A DNA stretch of 63,597 bases, the filler included, from Intoshia linei (Eukaryota; Animalia; Orthonectida), in assembly GCA_001642005.1 (NCBI GenBank). It is 4 parts of 4 records of this genome, joined end to end, with 100 filler letters (N's around TTAATTAATTAA, not from the genome) between each part and the next. Parts side by side here need not be neighbours in the genome. Positions count along the whole stretch, not along the records: positions 40,252 to 59,943 come from LWCA01000719.1; 3 more parts are not named here. The stretch is one strand, 5' to 3'. The notes beneath the pieces were generated by a model, which worked only from the letters and a program-made list of their open reading frames with translations, had not been told where the DNA came from and did no database searches. Positions 40,601 through 53,415 of this stretch are shown piece by piece. Both the position numbers and the translations under genes were made by a program. Within the stretch, counting starts at the first letter, position 1. Each line of letters starts with the position of its first letter.

Positions 40601-43001
40601 TTATGGGTAGTTTATGACATTAGCACGGTTATATATTGGCGAGATCATTCTTTAATTAAAAATTAAAAAAATTAGCTTTTGTTTTCACTAGTTGCACGGC
40701 TGATTAATAATTTTTTTTATTATATAACGCTAAAAAATAATTTTTCAGTATTTAAAATTTATTATCATGTAATCTCAACCATATATACCAGTATTTCTTA
40801 AACTACGGTTCCTAGAATTTTGCAGAGGATTCGCGAAATATTCAGTTAGAAAAAAATTATTTTTAGAAATTACTCAATACTGACGTAAAAAATAGAAATT
40901 TTGGCCCATATAATACTGGTTGTAATTTTAATTAGTTGTAATGAATTTGCTGTTTCTATCAGTCCACAATTTATTAATTGAAATGTAAACGTACCTATAC
41001 ATACGAATTAAAATATCCCGAAATTGAACCTCAAAGTTTTGTTCAACAAAACAATTGTTACATGTTTAAATTTTGTATATCTTCTAGCGAATAAGTTAAT
41101 GAATTAAAAAAATACTAACAAATGCAATTTATAAAAACTGAAGACCATTGTTTCAATAATATTTGCTTATTTATATTATTAGTTTATAATAAACTAATTT
41201 TAATGTATAGTCAATTTTACACTTTTAGCTGTTTCATTTGTTACTATAATATAATTAATTAAAATTTAATATTGATTTGTAGAATCAATGCAATGCTTAG
41301 TAAGCAAAATTTTTAAATGTATCATACTTACTGAACCATGTCCAGTGGACATTTAATCTGTTTGATTAAAATGTACATTGTAATTAATGTTATAATTTAT
41401 AAACAATTGAAAATTTGCCAATTTTTGACATTATAGTCAATTATTAATTAAATATTAAAATAAATGCGTGTAAAATTTATTAATTAACATTTAATTAATA
41501 ATTTATATTTACCCACAAAAATGCAAAATTATGTAACTGGTTACAATGTATTACATTGTAAATTAAATGTATAATATTACTATTTATATCAATTTAATTA
41601 CAATTAATTATTGGGATGCACAATGTCCCAACATTATATTGTATAATAATGTATATTTGATGCAATAGTCAACAAAATTTGTATTTGAAAGTATCATTAG
41701 CATATGGATATCAAATACATTTATTTAAACATTTTAATTATTTTATAAATTACAAATTGCATGTTTGTGATTAAAAGAATTATAAACAAATTAAAATATT
41801 AATACAACTTTAACATATAATGTGAAAGTTATTGATTATTTGAAAGTATAATTTTATTTACAATGTTTTGTATCTTTTAATAATAATTTAAAACTTGTTA
41901 ATATTTATTAATAAAAATACATTCCAAATATATCAATCAAAACGAATTCTGCAAGTCAATAAACCAACTATTGCTTAAAATGCAGTTGTATTAGTAAATA
42001 TGTTTTGGAACAAATACTCGACACTGTCATATGATAACCTCCATTAAAACATTTTGCATTGATTCAAAATTATTATTTGAAATTTGATAGTACATCTTGT
42101 GGAATGCTTAGTAATGCAGTCACGAATTTGGATTAGGAAAAAAGTAAAAGAATTTTAAATTCACAAATTTCAATAACATTTCAGTAATATTTAAATATTT
42201 ATAATTTCCACATTTTCACGCTCTAAATAGTGTGATTATTACTGAGTAGTAAGCAGTTATATTAATTGATTGAATTTGCATTATTTTTAAATCAAATTTT
42301 TGGAGCCATAAATTTATACCAAGTTTTTAATGATGTCTCATTAAAACATTACTGTACTGTAATTATAATAAAGATTTTTAAATTAGGTTTTTTTAAATTT
42401 TATCAAATTTTTATTTACGGTGCAGTAGAGTTTCAAGATTTAAAATTTCTTTGAATCAGTAATAAACAATAGATAATCGAATTAAATTTGATATGCTTGA
42501 TTGAATCAATCGAAATGGTGAAACGGAGCATGCGTAAAAAACAATATACAGGAATGTGTTGTATTCATTAGCTGAATCAACACAAAATTTAGAGTCTGAA
42601 TTTTATAAATTTGTCTTAATAAATAAAAACTGTACTCACTTAAAATATCATTATTCAGTGTCAATTATGCACCAATGAAGTAAGATTCAATCTAGCATTT
42701 TCTTTTTTTGTTAAGAGTTATCTAATTTTTCGAGGAATAAATTGTACAATTTTGTTGAATATTTATTGTTTAAAATTAATGTTATTAACTCAATATAAAG
42801 TTCATTATTTTACGTGATTGAAAGTTTTTTTTTTATGTTTACATGTTCAAATTATAATAAAATTTATTCGCTATAAATATGAATCATTGTATTTTGTAAA
42901 TTTTGACTTGAATTCAGTTAATATTACCAATAGTTTATATAATTAATTATAATTGATTGTCTGCATTAGTACGTTAGTACGTTATAAAGTAATAATCAGA
43001 A

Positions 43002-46000
43002 ATGGAAGAAAATCATGACAAGAATTCTAAAAAAGAACAAGAATTGCATTTTAATGAATTTATGGATAAAATTAATGCATCCTCTTCTAAATGTAATGTA
43101 CAAAAAAATAAATCTGAATTCAATTCATCTAATGTTACACCAAATTATTTAACACAACTCCTTAAAGACCAACAAACCTTAATAATGATGCCTGCTCTTT
43201 TTTTACATGTTGAAAGATTGTTAGAAGATGGTATATTTTTTTATTTATCATTTTTATGAATTATAAATTATAATTTAATTTTAAATTTTAAAAGCTAATA
43301 TTTCTGAGAGTCAACAAACCGTAGAAAAGTTAAAAAAAATTAAAAATATTTAAAATGTTTATCTGTAAAAAATAAAAACGTATATCATCCACGTACAGTT
43401 TTGTACCTTCACTATTGGCCAAAATGTTTTAAAATAAATCAATAAAACATTTTCATACATTGGTCCCACCTGTTAATTTAAAATTAAATTTTCAAATAAA
43501 ATTATTAATTGGCCAGCTATGTAATGAAATGTATTGATTTATATAGAAAATATGTAAATAATGGTGGAAATAGACAATTGTCAAACTACATAACTGGCAA
43601 AATGAGGATATTTTGTTATGCAGAATACTGTTTTCAGTTTTTTTAAATAATTACATACATTTAATTTAGTGAAATGTTTTTCTACAGTATTACGTGCTAA
43701 AATTGTTAGAAGTTTCTTAGTAACTAGGTTTTATTAGAATAATTATTACCCAAAAAATGAAACTGAAAGGATTTTGGTGAATAGTCATTGTTACACTAGA
43801 ATCGAACCTACCAGTTTTGAGACAGTAAAATCAAAAACAGAAAAATAAATGGAAATATGTATCCTAGTTACCATAATAATATCATATTAATATTGTTTTA
43901 TAAAAAAGGATTATTGCATATTTAAGATTATTAAGTAAACTATTTTGGGTAACTAATATTTTGTAAATATTTTGTACATAATTAAATATGATGAATCCGT
44001 TAAAACTATAAAAATATCAATTATAAAATTATCTTTAAAAAAAAGGGCAAAATTTACCCAATCATAGATTTTTTAAAGAACTTTTGTTATTTTTTTTTAC
44101 ATTTCAATCTACACGAGATAACAAAAATATAATCCCATCACACAAAATTATTGATCATCCTTTTTATCATCATATTTTTTAAATTAAGTTTTAATAATTA
44201 ACAAATATATATACAGTATTCTCTCCACAACTCGCCATTAATTTAAAATATAAACCAAAAGTTTTAAAACCATTTTAAAGGTTTAATTTGCTGTTTTTAT
44301 AGTATTAAATTCTTAAACCAACCGTGTATCTCAGCTAAATTTTATTTTCTTTCAAAATTCCCGAAATAATGGAACGGATGAAAATCCCGACCAGAGTAAA
44401 CCCTGATTCAGAGAGACTGATATAATTTAAAATACTTTTATAATACATTTCAGAATGTGCATTGTTGGTTATGAATAATGAACTTTTTTAATTTATGTGT
44501 CTATAAATCTTTATATTCTGATTTTTTCCACTATAATATTATGTAGATTATGTTACAAATTTATGTATTATTTATTATTTTATTTTATAAAATTATTATT
44601 AAATATGACTTAAATGATAATTGTATTAAACGTAATTTTGATTTATTAGAAATTTTACGATCGAGAGCCGTTTTATATCAAAGCAATTCTGCCCATGATA
44701 TACATAATTTACCAGAACCCTCTGGTACACCTACTATGTTAAAAGAAAAGATTTACATACCTGTCAATCAATATCCAGAAGTATTTAATACATTTATATT
44801 ATTTATAAACAGAATGCTAGTCTTTCAGCAGCTAAAAATCTTAAATTTCACTATCGATATAATTATGTTTTTTATGATAATGTAATAATTAAAAATAATT
44901 GATAAAAAAATCAAAACATTTCAAATTGTCACTCTTAATTTTTTTTGAATTAATCATTATTATTGATTAACAATTAATTGATATATATAATCGTTTTGTT
45001 GTGATTCAAACCAACCATTGAAAAAACTAGTTTAATTCATCATAACGCGTGTTACGTGCACGTATATGTAATAATTTTTAAAGCAGCAATGCTGGTAGAA
45101 TACCTGATTATATGCTGTTACATGTCAAAGCAACCCATACCAAAAAACTACCAATCTCTAAAATCAAAGGAATAAACCTCTTTGACTAATCCCTGCTATT
45201 AAATTATTTTATTATATTATTCCAAATTTAGTCTTTTATTTAGTTAAGTGAATCTTAACCTATGCTCATCGGCGCACTGGTGCGTGATTATTGTTAAGGT
45301 GCACCGCAAAACTATTTTAGTTTAGTTTATAAGAAAGTTTTTTTTTTATTTTATTTTTTATTTAAAAAAATTTTATAAATTAGTTTCAATGTTTTACACT
45401 GACAATTCTCAGATGAAAATTTTTTAATGTACTATTCAATATAATAATGTATTTACATTGAATAATATGGTTAATTCCAAAAATATGAATACTTTTTATC
45501 ATACATCAAAAGTTCTTTACTTAATATTAGTTAAGATAAATTTGATTGTTTTTATTATTATTACGATTTTATATTTTTTGCATATTTTTGAATATCTATG
45601 TGTTTTTTCTTATAAAAATTTAAGGTGCGCTCCAAATTTTTATCTATTTCACAATTTCGTAATAAAAATTTACAAATAAAAAATGTTAAGGCACTGCTTT
45701 AGATTATAAAATAAATTAATTAATTTACAAACAATATGCATTACATTAAATTGCGTTTATGTCATTAAATATTAAGTAGAATCAATTAAATAAGATTTTT
45801 ATCAATGATAAATATAATACATAATGTACATGTAATTATTAATAATTATATGAAATGATTATTATTATATTTATAACTAAATTGACTGTTATGTAATACA
45901 TACAAACAGCACCTAGCTCTGCCGAGGCCACATTCTTATTATACCAAAAAAATAAATTCACATTGAAAATCTAACTTAAAAATCCTACTATTCACTATTA

Positions 46001-49000
46001 TCAATCCTTTATAGGACTGGTTCCCAAACTTGTTTCAGGTGGAACCATCATATCACATTACTTTTTACTTTAAAATGAATTATTCCATCTTAATTTTTTG
46101 TTTGTTAATATTTGCGTAAATAATTTTAAAAACAATTGTTTTCCAATTTTTTTAATTTATTAGACAGAATGTGTGTATAATATTAAAAATAAAGTAAGAA
46201 CAGTCCAATCCAAAAATTGTCATAAATAACATAAATTCCAGAAAAATAAATTATAAAAAACCTATTTTGTCATTTTCAATGTGATAAATTATCACAGATA
46301 ATATATATTCAGTACCAATTTAATAAATACTTAAAATACAATTATGTATTAATAATTAACCAAATTTTCATTTTATATTCATATTTCAGTCGAATTTTAA
46401 CAATATTGCAAAAGATTGTAATAAATATAAAAATGATATTAACAAAGTTGGATTACTTTTAGTTTCGTTGTTATAGTTTATATATAAAGTTTATTAAAAA
46501 TGTTTTGAAAATGAGAATTTCAAATTTCAAAATTGCGTAGCAATGAAAAAAAATCAAAAGGAATGAATTATATAGATTTTCACCCATATGTCTTTATTGG
46601 AAATGTGTAGAGGTTCAAGGCACATTTTTTTGATATTGTAGGATCAATATTTATATTTTCAATTTTTATTTTAATCGAAATATTTGAAAAATATTGGTTG
46701 ATAATATATTAAAATTATTTTTCATCGGGAATGGGTAGATTTATGGATTTGAAATTTTGTAGTTATATCAACTGAATAAGCTCTATCAGAATAATCTTTC
46801 TTTTTAATTTTCGAAGCGTTAATTATTTCACATATTTTGTTTTAATATAATATTTCGAAAAAAAATATATGAATATTAAAATGCTTTTTTGTCCGTGAAG
46901 GCATCAAATGTGGACTTTGTAAAATTCTAAGACTGGTAGTTATTGAAATAAACGATAACACACATACAGACAAACAAAGTATATTATATAAGTAAGGAAA
47001 GGACAATTACATCAAGTAACATTTATAAGATATGGAAAAGTGCGACCTTGTATACTTGTAAGCAATTTTAAATGATTTTCGTAGATAACAAAATAATTAT
47101 ATTATTTATAAATTAAAAGTATAAATATTTATAAACTTTTAATTTCATCAATTTTATCGTACTGCGTCGGTAGAAACCTCTGTATCAGTAACGGCAAAGG
47201 TGTCAGTAATGATTCAATTCATGACGATTTAAGTTTTTGTATAATAATTTCACATTCTAATCATTTAATTTAGTACAACTTTGTTGGTCGTATTTTGGGA
47301 CCAAGAGGAATGACAGCTAAACAATTAGAACAAGAAACAGGATGTAAAATTATGGTTCGTGGTAAAGGATCTATACGAGATAAAAAAATGGTACATTACA
47401 CATTGTGTAAAAGTGTATTTAAAATTTCAATTGAAACTAATTATAAATATATATAGGGTCGTATACGGACGGAATAAATAGATTCCTTCCCTAGAATACA
47501 TTAGAGATTGTCACACCTGGACTCCCCACATTTTTGGGATCAAAAATAAACTTTCTCTTAAATAAAAGCCACCAAATCTTCAAATATGATCATTTTGAAG
47601 TCTATTCTCTAGAAAAGTGGTTCTCTAATGGGACCTCTCGACCCATTGGGTATTTAAAACTATATACCGACATGATACGAGTATTATATACTGAAAATAT
47701 TCGGAAATTTAATGAGATTCAAATAAAATATAAAAAAAATTTATCAACTTTTGTCTATTTGTATAGGAGAATTTTTAATATTTATTACTTAATTGCCAGA
47801 TGTTGGGAATTTATCCTAAAGCCTAGACGACCGCTATATTATTATTTTAAAAATACCATATTTATCCCAGCATTAATAAAATTTAATAAAAAATAATATT
47901 TCAAACCCTCAGGGAAAAATCGACTTTTACCAATATTTTTTTGAAAAATCCGATTTTACCAAATCTTATTAGAAAAAACATTAAATTTTATCATAAATGT
48001 TTTATATTTTATGTTTCCTTTGGAGTCCATTAAAAATAAATTTATTGAAATGGGGGCTGTACAGTGTACACTATTTGAATGGGGAACCACTGCTCTAGAT
48101 CGACATAGATTTGAGCGATTTATTGTTGGAGCGACAAAATCGTCGATTTTTTAAATTTATTATTTTGAGTTTTTCTTTAAATTTTAAAAAATTTTGAAGA
48201 TAATTATAATTTTAGTTCAAAAATTTGGTAGTGTTCCAATATTACCAATTAATCGTTTACTTATGTAAAATAGAATGTTTGTGTGTCTGTAACCGTTTAT
48301 TAAAAAATTGACAGTCGTATAATTAAAAAAACCCAATTTATACTACAATTTTCCCAGAACATTGTTATATCTATTTTTAGTAACCGATTTTGAGTCTTTA
48401 TGGTCCAACCCCACTTTTGCCTTTGTTTTAAAAATGAAAAATGTCCTAAAATTTTATAAAAAATAAATTATAGATTATTTTTAAAATCATAAGTAGTACA
48501 GTAGATGGAAACCTCAAAGAAGTTCATGATGAAAGGTGAACTTACCATATTAGAGACTGTAAAATTAAAAATAAGCCAATAACAATGTTTTGCAAATAAT
48601 TCATGTCATATGGCTTTAGACACCTCTCCACGAGTCTATGTGAATAATTATTCAGTTTAAATTTAACACGCAAAATAGTTGATATTCAAGAATATAATGT
48701 TTAAGAGGCTCATCTGGTGAAAATGAGACCCTATTTTACAAACATTTAATAGACTCCTAACCCCGCCGAAAAGAGGGTGTCGAATACGGTAAGTTCGGCT
48801 CAAGTCTCTGGTGACCGGAACCTGTTCATAAAGTCCTGATTACATGTATCGGTCAATAATACTGTTATATCAACTATGCATTATCTTAGTTTTAACATGT
48901 TTGTAATTTTTGTATGCAATTATAATTGCGTGTGTACTATAATAGTTAATAACAATAATTATTATTCAGATAAGTTTTACATTTCGAACAGACTGTACCC

Positions 49001-52000
49001 AGTCAAAACTTTTGATAGTTTACAGCTGTATATAATAAATGAATAAAACTAATTTAGGAAAGTATAAACCGAGGAAAAGCCAACTGGGAACACTTAAACG
49101 ATGATTTACACGTTCTTATAACAGTGGAAGACACAAACAACCGAGCAGACGTTAAGATGCAATGTGCCATCAGAGAAATAAATAAATTACTTATACCAGC
49201 AGTAAGTTCATAAAAATATAAATATTTATTGCTTTACAATAATAAGGGGTAATTGAAAAAAAATTTTCAAAAATGTTTAAAAATCATCAAATGTATCATT
49301 CAAGTAAGAGTATTTTATAGATTTTGCTGCATCAGTTTCTGACATGGCAATATCCGTTAAATTAGTTAATTGAGTGTTAACAGATTCTAATGATTCATTT
49401 GAAGGAACTGTTCTCATAAATTCTGGAACATCGTAAATATGTAAAGTTCCATTACTACTACCAGCAGCAATGGAGCTACTGTTGGAATTCCACTGAATTT
49501 TATTAAAAGAAAAAGGTACTGATGTCAAATGTGAGAAGCTTGTAGTTTTAATAGGAGAACTAGTTTTTAATGCTTTCAAATGATTTATATTATCATTTAT
49601 GGTTTCATCTTTTTCTGGGAGATCTGGGCTTTGAATTTTTAGAGATGTGGATGGTCTAGTATGAAAACCTGCATTTGAATTTTTACTTGTTTTGGCTATT
49701 GGTGTATCCAAACTTTTTGAAATATCCCACAATGATAATTTGACAATATCAGAAGAAGAACAGAATAAAGCTGGGTTAGTTGGAGACCATTGAGCTCCAT
49801 AAAAGTATGATGTATTTTCTTGGTTTTCTAATCTATATATTGATTTTTTGGCTTGGGAGTTCCAAATTTCGAGTGACCAATCAAAAGACGTAGTAAGAAA
49901 ATAATTGGAAAAATCAACAATATCGTGTTGACCGGGATGGACATCAATTGATGTGACGGCAGAGCCGTGTCGAGTAGAATATTTTTCAACATTTTGACAA
50001 TTATCATGAAAACTAGCGCCATATATAGAACCGTCGTCTCCTCCAAGTAAAAAGTTGTTGTGATCATTTGACATTAACGAAAAACAAGCACAACTAACAG
50101 ATTTTCGATTTGAAGTTAGTTTAATAGACTCCTGAGGTTGCGAAAGCATGTCAATATTCCATAGACATAGCATACCGTTGGTAGAAATTGAAACTAAATT
50201 ATATACATTGCCTGTTCCAATAGCTTTTAAGCAATACACGGGATTAGTATGAAAGGAATTGATATTGGCAGAAATAGAACTATGTTGTACTGGCGATCGA
50301 TGATTAGACCGCATATCCCATAAAACAAGTTGTCCAGAATAGGTGCCGCCAATGATTAAATTTGGATGAAATGGAGCAAAAACGAGTGATAAAACGGTAG
50401 AATGGCATGTGAATGTGTATTCTGGAGATTTTTTAGGGTATTTAAGATTCCATAGCATAACAAGTCCATCACTATTTAAAACTGAGCATTTAGAACTAAC
50501 TGGACAACCAGAAACGAGTGAATTGCTATAATTTTCCATATAAGAACAAGCTAAAAGTTCAGGGTGGTAAGGGGACCAATCAATTGTGGATATGGGTCGT
50601 TCCATAGTAATATTTTGTTCTTCGTAAGAAAAAACACGAGAACACGTCAACGTCTGTGTGTCAGTTTTAGTATATCGAGAATGTTTGTGTCTTTTTATAT
50701 GTTTACCGGTTTTATTAGGTACACTAGAATTGAAGTCCTCCAAATCTTCATCAAAAATTAAACTATGGGATTCGACCGGTTCAATATCAGAATCACTCAA
50801 TTCGTACTGTATAAACACGTTAGCAGACGTTTCTTCTATGCTAAGAATTCTCTCTATGACAGTTCCAGCCCTCCTAGTAAACTTTGAAAATTCAGCATTA
50901 TTTGTGTATTTCATGAATTCATCATTTGTCAAAATTTTAATTTTTTCGACGTCACTCAAATCTTTACTAGGGGTACAAGTCGAATTTTCATTAGATGTAG
51001 ATTGTGGCTCAGCATATTGTCTTGATTCATTACCGAGTGCAGTCATTTTACCGTTCGTTACATTCATGGATTCATTTTTGGTTATATTACTACTCAATTG
51101 GTAATCTAAGGAATTTTCAGTTTGGACACCTCGTTCATATACAATTTTTTCTATTGAGGGTATGTTTTGAATATCTACATTACTCATCTCTAAATTTTTG
51201 ACCGGGATAATTTCAAATTTTTCCAGTTTATCAACAAAATCTGTTGGTTTAATATTTTCAGTTTCTGGTTGAGGAACAATTTGAGATTCTAATGAAATTC
51301 CCATGGTACATTGCAATAATTTATCCATTTCTTCACGTAAATCAGTAGATGATTTTTCGGTTGTAATATCAACGTTTCCATCTAAATCTTTTGTTTTGTT
51401 TATTTCTCGTTCTTTTCTTATCAATTTTTGACGTCTGTATTCTACTAAACGTGCTTTCTTTTTTTCCAATTCTTTTTTCAAATTTGACATTTCAATAAAA
51501 TTAAAGTTTATTGTAACAATTTATATATTATAGCGACCTCAAGCAACATTTACATCCAATTTGTAGTGTTGTTTTTGTTTCTTGATTTTAAATTTATAAT
51601 TCATGTAACATGTTTATTTAGTTTCAATTTATTTAAATTAATTGAATTCTATAAAAATACATTTATGAATTTTATATCAAGATTTTTATTTATATTTATA
51701 TTTTTATTTAAACCTTAAAATAGCGGATCTGAGACTAGACCAGTAGTTCACAAAATCGGTTCCACTGAAGGGCATACCGATTCCGTTGATAATTAACGAT
51801 TAAAAAAATTTTTATTATTTTTCAGGATTCTAGAATATTTTTGTATAAGCAGGGCTAGCTGAAATTCTGGTATCAGTAGAATTTTTCTGGCACTGGTACT
51901 AACAGTAATTCCAGGTGGTGCCAGTCCTGTGTATAGGATGTTTAAAATTTAAAATGTTTCCTCTAAAATTTACCAAATAAAATATTTATTTTCAGAGAAT

Positions 52001-53284
52001 AGTCATGAAACTATCATACCCGTTTTTAGCCGTGCTTGGATCAATAAATTTAAAAAATTTACTGAAAACCACATCCCTAACCAGAACCGAACCTACCAAG
52101 CTCGAGGCCGCCCGAAAATGAAAAATAGGCCTCTAAAAAAAATTCGAAAACGATACATAGCGTCATAGCCCCTTATCAACCTCTCCAAGTCTTTTTAATA
52201 GACATTTATTTAACATACAAAATAATTATGAAATTTAAAAATATAATTTTTTAAAATTCCATTTGAAAAAATGGGTCCCCATTTTGCAAAAAATTCGTCG
52301 AACCCATCCTAAATAAGGTACCGATTTACATGTATGGGTATGTTCGGCACTGATACGAACCCTATATTTCATATTAGGGTGATAAGATTGTGTTTTTCAT
52401 CTTAAACGGGACCGCTAAACCCATACATCTAAATTTGTCTTATAAGGAAATGTTAAATTTTTGTCATATTTGAGAACAAATTGCTGTTTTATTTATAATA
52501 AATAACATTTACAATCATCAAGCTAAAGAAACTTTAAATATTTAGCCTGAGGGTGAAGATAATTTAAAGAAAATGCAATTGATGGAATTGGCTATAATGA
52601 ATGGAACATATAGAGATAATAATACCGTACAAAATATGCAATTCTCTCCTCGTAATAAAATTTTTTTTTAACAATACATATTAAATGTAGAAATGAACAA
52701 TTACCAACTTTATCAACAGTCAATGCGAAGTCAACTTCCAATGTCAAACAGATATTATAATAACAATCTATTAACGAATCATAATATTGTTTCTCATATG
52801 AATATGCAAGATACAAACATAATGTACATGCCATTTATTGATCCTTTCAACCCATACAATCCTTACATTGAATACAGTCAAATCCAAGATGTTATGAAAC
52901 AAACTGGTATTACATATAGACTTGTCATATGTATCTGTTTAGTCGGGAAGCCGTGTTAAAAAAATATTTTCTCGATGCCGTTTTTAATATTTAATTTCAG
53001 TGGTCATATTAAATCTAATTTTCTATCTGGTTTTTGAATCATGATCGATGACGAGAAAATTTTGATTATTAGTTCACTATATTTAAAATGCTTTTTTTAG
53101 TTTTTCAAATTTATTATATGCTGTGATTTTTTTAAAATACGACAAGTCTAGTCATATTTGTCATCATTATAAATAAAAATACATTATAGGTTCATTAAAC
53201 ATGTCAAATCAGATAAACAAATCACCCAGTTCTTCTACGTGTTCAAATCAATATATACAAAGTGAAAAATCTCCTTCTCGGTGA
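43002..53284 (+). CDS. QKI: STAR-family KH-domain RNA-binding protein (Quaking / held-out-wings-like), 7 exons, ~345 aa
   Basis: Exons joined at GT-AG sites with consistent phases: 43002-43230, 44650-44780, 47274-47390, 49058-49201, 52546-52651, 52691-52906, 53190-53284 (1038 nt, ending in TGA). Translation gives QUA1 ([10 protein letters not shown]...[14 protein letters not shown]), KH ([49 protein letters not shown]...[18 protein letters not shown]), QUA2 ([24 protein letters not shown]) and a Tyr/Pro-rich tail. The last exon is less certain. Confidence 0.9.
45877..46998 (-). mobile_element. Non-autonomous Helitron, same family, in Quaking intron 2
   Basis: Extensive reverse-complement similarity to 23029-24327, including the 3' hairpin and the 5' end (ataagtaagga). 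Confidence 0.8.
47274..47390 (+). CDS. QKI: Quaking-like gene exon 3 (KH GxxG loop)
   Basis: tttag|TAC AAC TTT GTT GGT CGT ... AAA ATG|gtacat encodes [39 protein letters not shown]. Absent from the ORF track. Confidence 0.93.
47615..48092. mobile_element. hAT (Charlie-like) MITE in Quaking intron 3
   Basis: Ends AAGTGGTTCTC / GGGAACCACTG; TSD CTCTAGAA / CTCTAGAT, matching the NTCTAGAN target typical of Charlie elements. Confidence 0.75.
49058..49201 (+). CDS. QKI: Quaking-like gene exon 4 (C-terminal half of KH domain)
   Basis: tttag|GAA AGT ... CCA GCA|gtaagt encodes [48 protein letters not shown]. Confidence 0.92.
49225..49230 (-). promoter_or_regulatory. Candidate poly(A) signal of the dynein IC gene
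   Basis: TTTATT on + is AATAAA on -, about 46 nt downstream of the DIC stop codon. Confidence 0.45.
49277..51490 (-). CDS. DYNC1I: Cytoplasmic dynein 1 intermediate chain (WD40), single exon, nested antisense in Quaking intron 4
   Basis: 737 aa. N-terminal helix [16 protein letters not shown], light-chain site YERGVQT, roadblock-binding [16 protein letters not shown], and DIC-type WD40 repeats ([74 protein letters not shown]). Confidence 0.93.
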   Translation of the reverse strand: MSNLKKELEKKKARLVEYRRQKLIRKEREINKTKDLDGNVDITTEKSSTDLREEMDKLLQCTMGISLESQIVPQPETENIKPTDFVDKLEKFEIIPVKNLEMSNVDIQNIPSIEKIVYERGVQTENSLDYQLSSNITKNESMNVTNGKMTALGNESRQYAEPQSTSNENSTCTPSKDLSDVEKIKILTNDEFMKYTNNAEFSKFTRRAGTVIERILSIEETSANVFIQYELSDSDIEPVESHSLIFDEDLEDFNSSVPNKTGKHIKRHKHSRYTKTDTQTLTCSRVFSYEEQNITMERPISTIDWSPYHPELLACSYMENYSNSLVSGCPVSSKCSVLNSDGLVMLWNLKYPKKSPEYTFTCHSTVLSLVFAPFHPNLIIGGTYSGQLVLWDMRSNHRSPVQHSSISANINSFHTNPVYCLKAIGTGNVYNLVSISTNGMLCLWNIDMLSQPQESIKLTSNRKSVSCACFSLMSNDHNNFLLGGDDGSIYGASFHDNCQNVEKYSTRHGSAVTSIDVHPGQHDIVDFSNYFLTTSFDWSLEIWNSQAKKSIYRLENQENTSYFYGAQWSPTNPALFCSSSDIVKLSLWDISKSLDTPIAKTSKNSNAGFHTRPSTSLKIQSPDLPEKDETINDNINHLKALKTSSPIKTTSFSHLTSVPFSFNKIQWNSNSSSIAAGSSNGTLHIYDVPEFMRTVPSNESLESVNTQLTNLTDIAMSETDAAKSIKYSYLNDTFDDF
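51850..51929. mobile_element. 80-bp minimal hAT-like MITE
   Basis: CAGGGCTAGC...GCCAGTCCTG with TSD TGTATAAG / TGTATAGG. Confidence 0.6.
52546..52651 (+). CDS. QKI: Quaking-like gene exon 5 (QUA2)
   Basis: tttag|CCT GAG GGT ... encodes [24 protein letters not shown]. Followed by a 39-nt GT-AG intron (52652-52690). Confidence 0.92.
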
Positions 53285-53415
53285 TTTTGATTAATACTTT
53301 GAATACATCAGGATTTTAATTTTTTTATAGTTAAAGTTTTTTATTTTGTTATTCTATTTTAAATAAAAAATTTGTAATTTTTTTGTTAATTACACAGTAT
53401 AACACTCAATAATAC

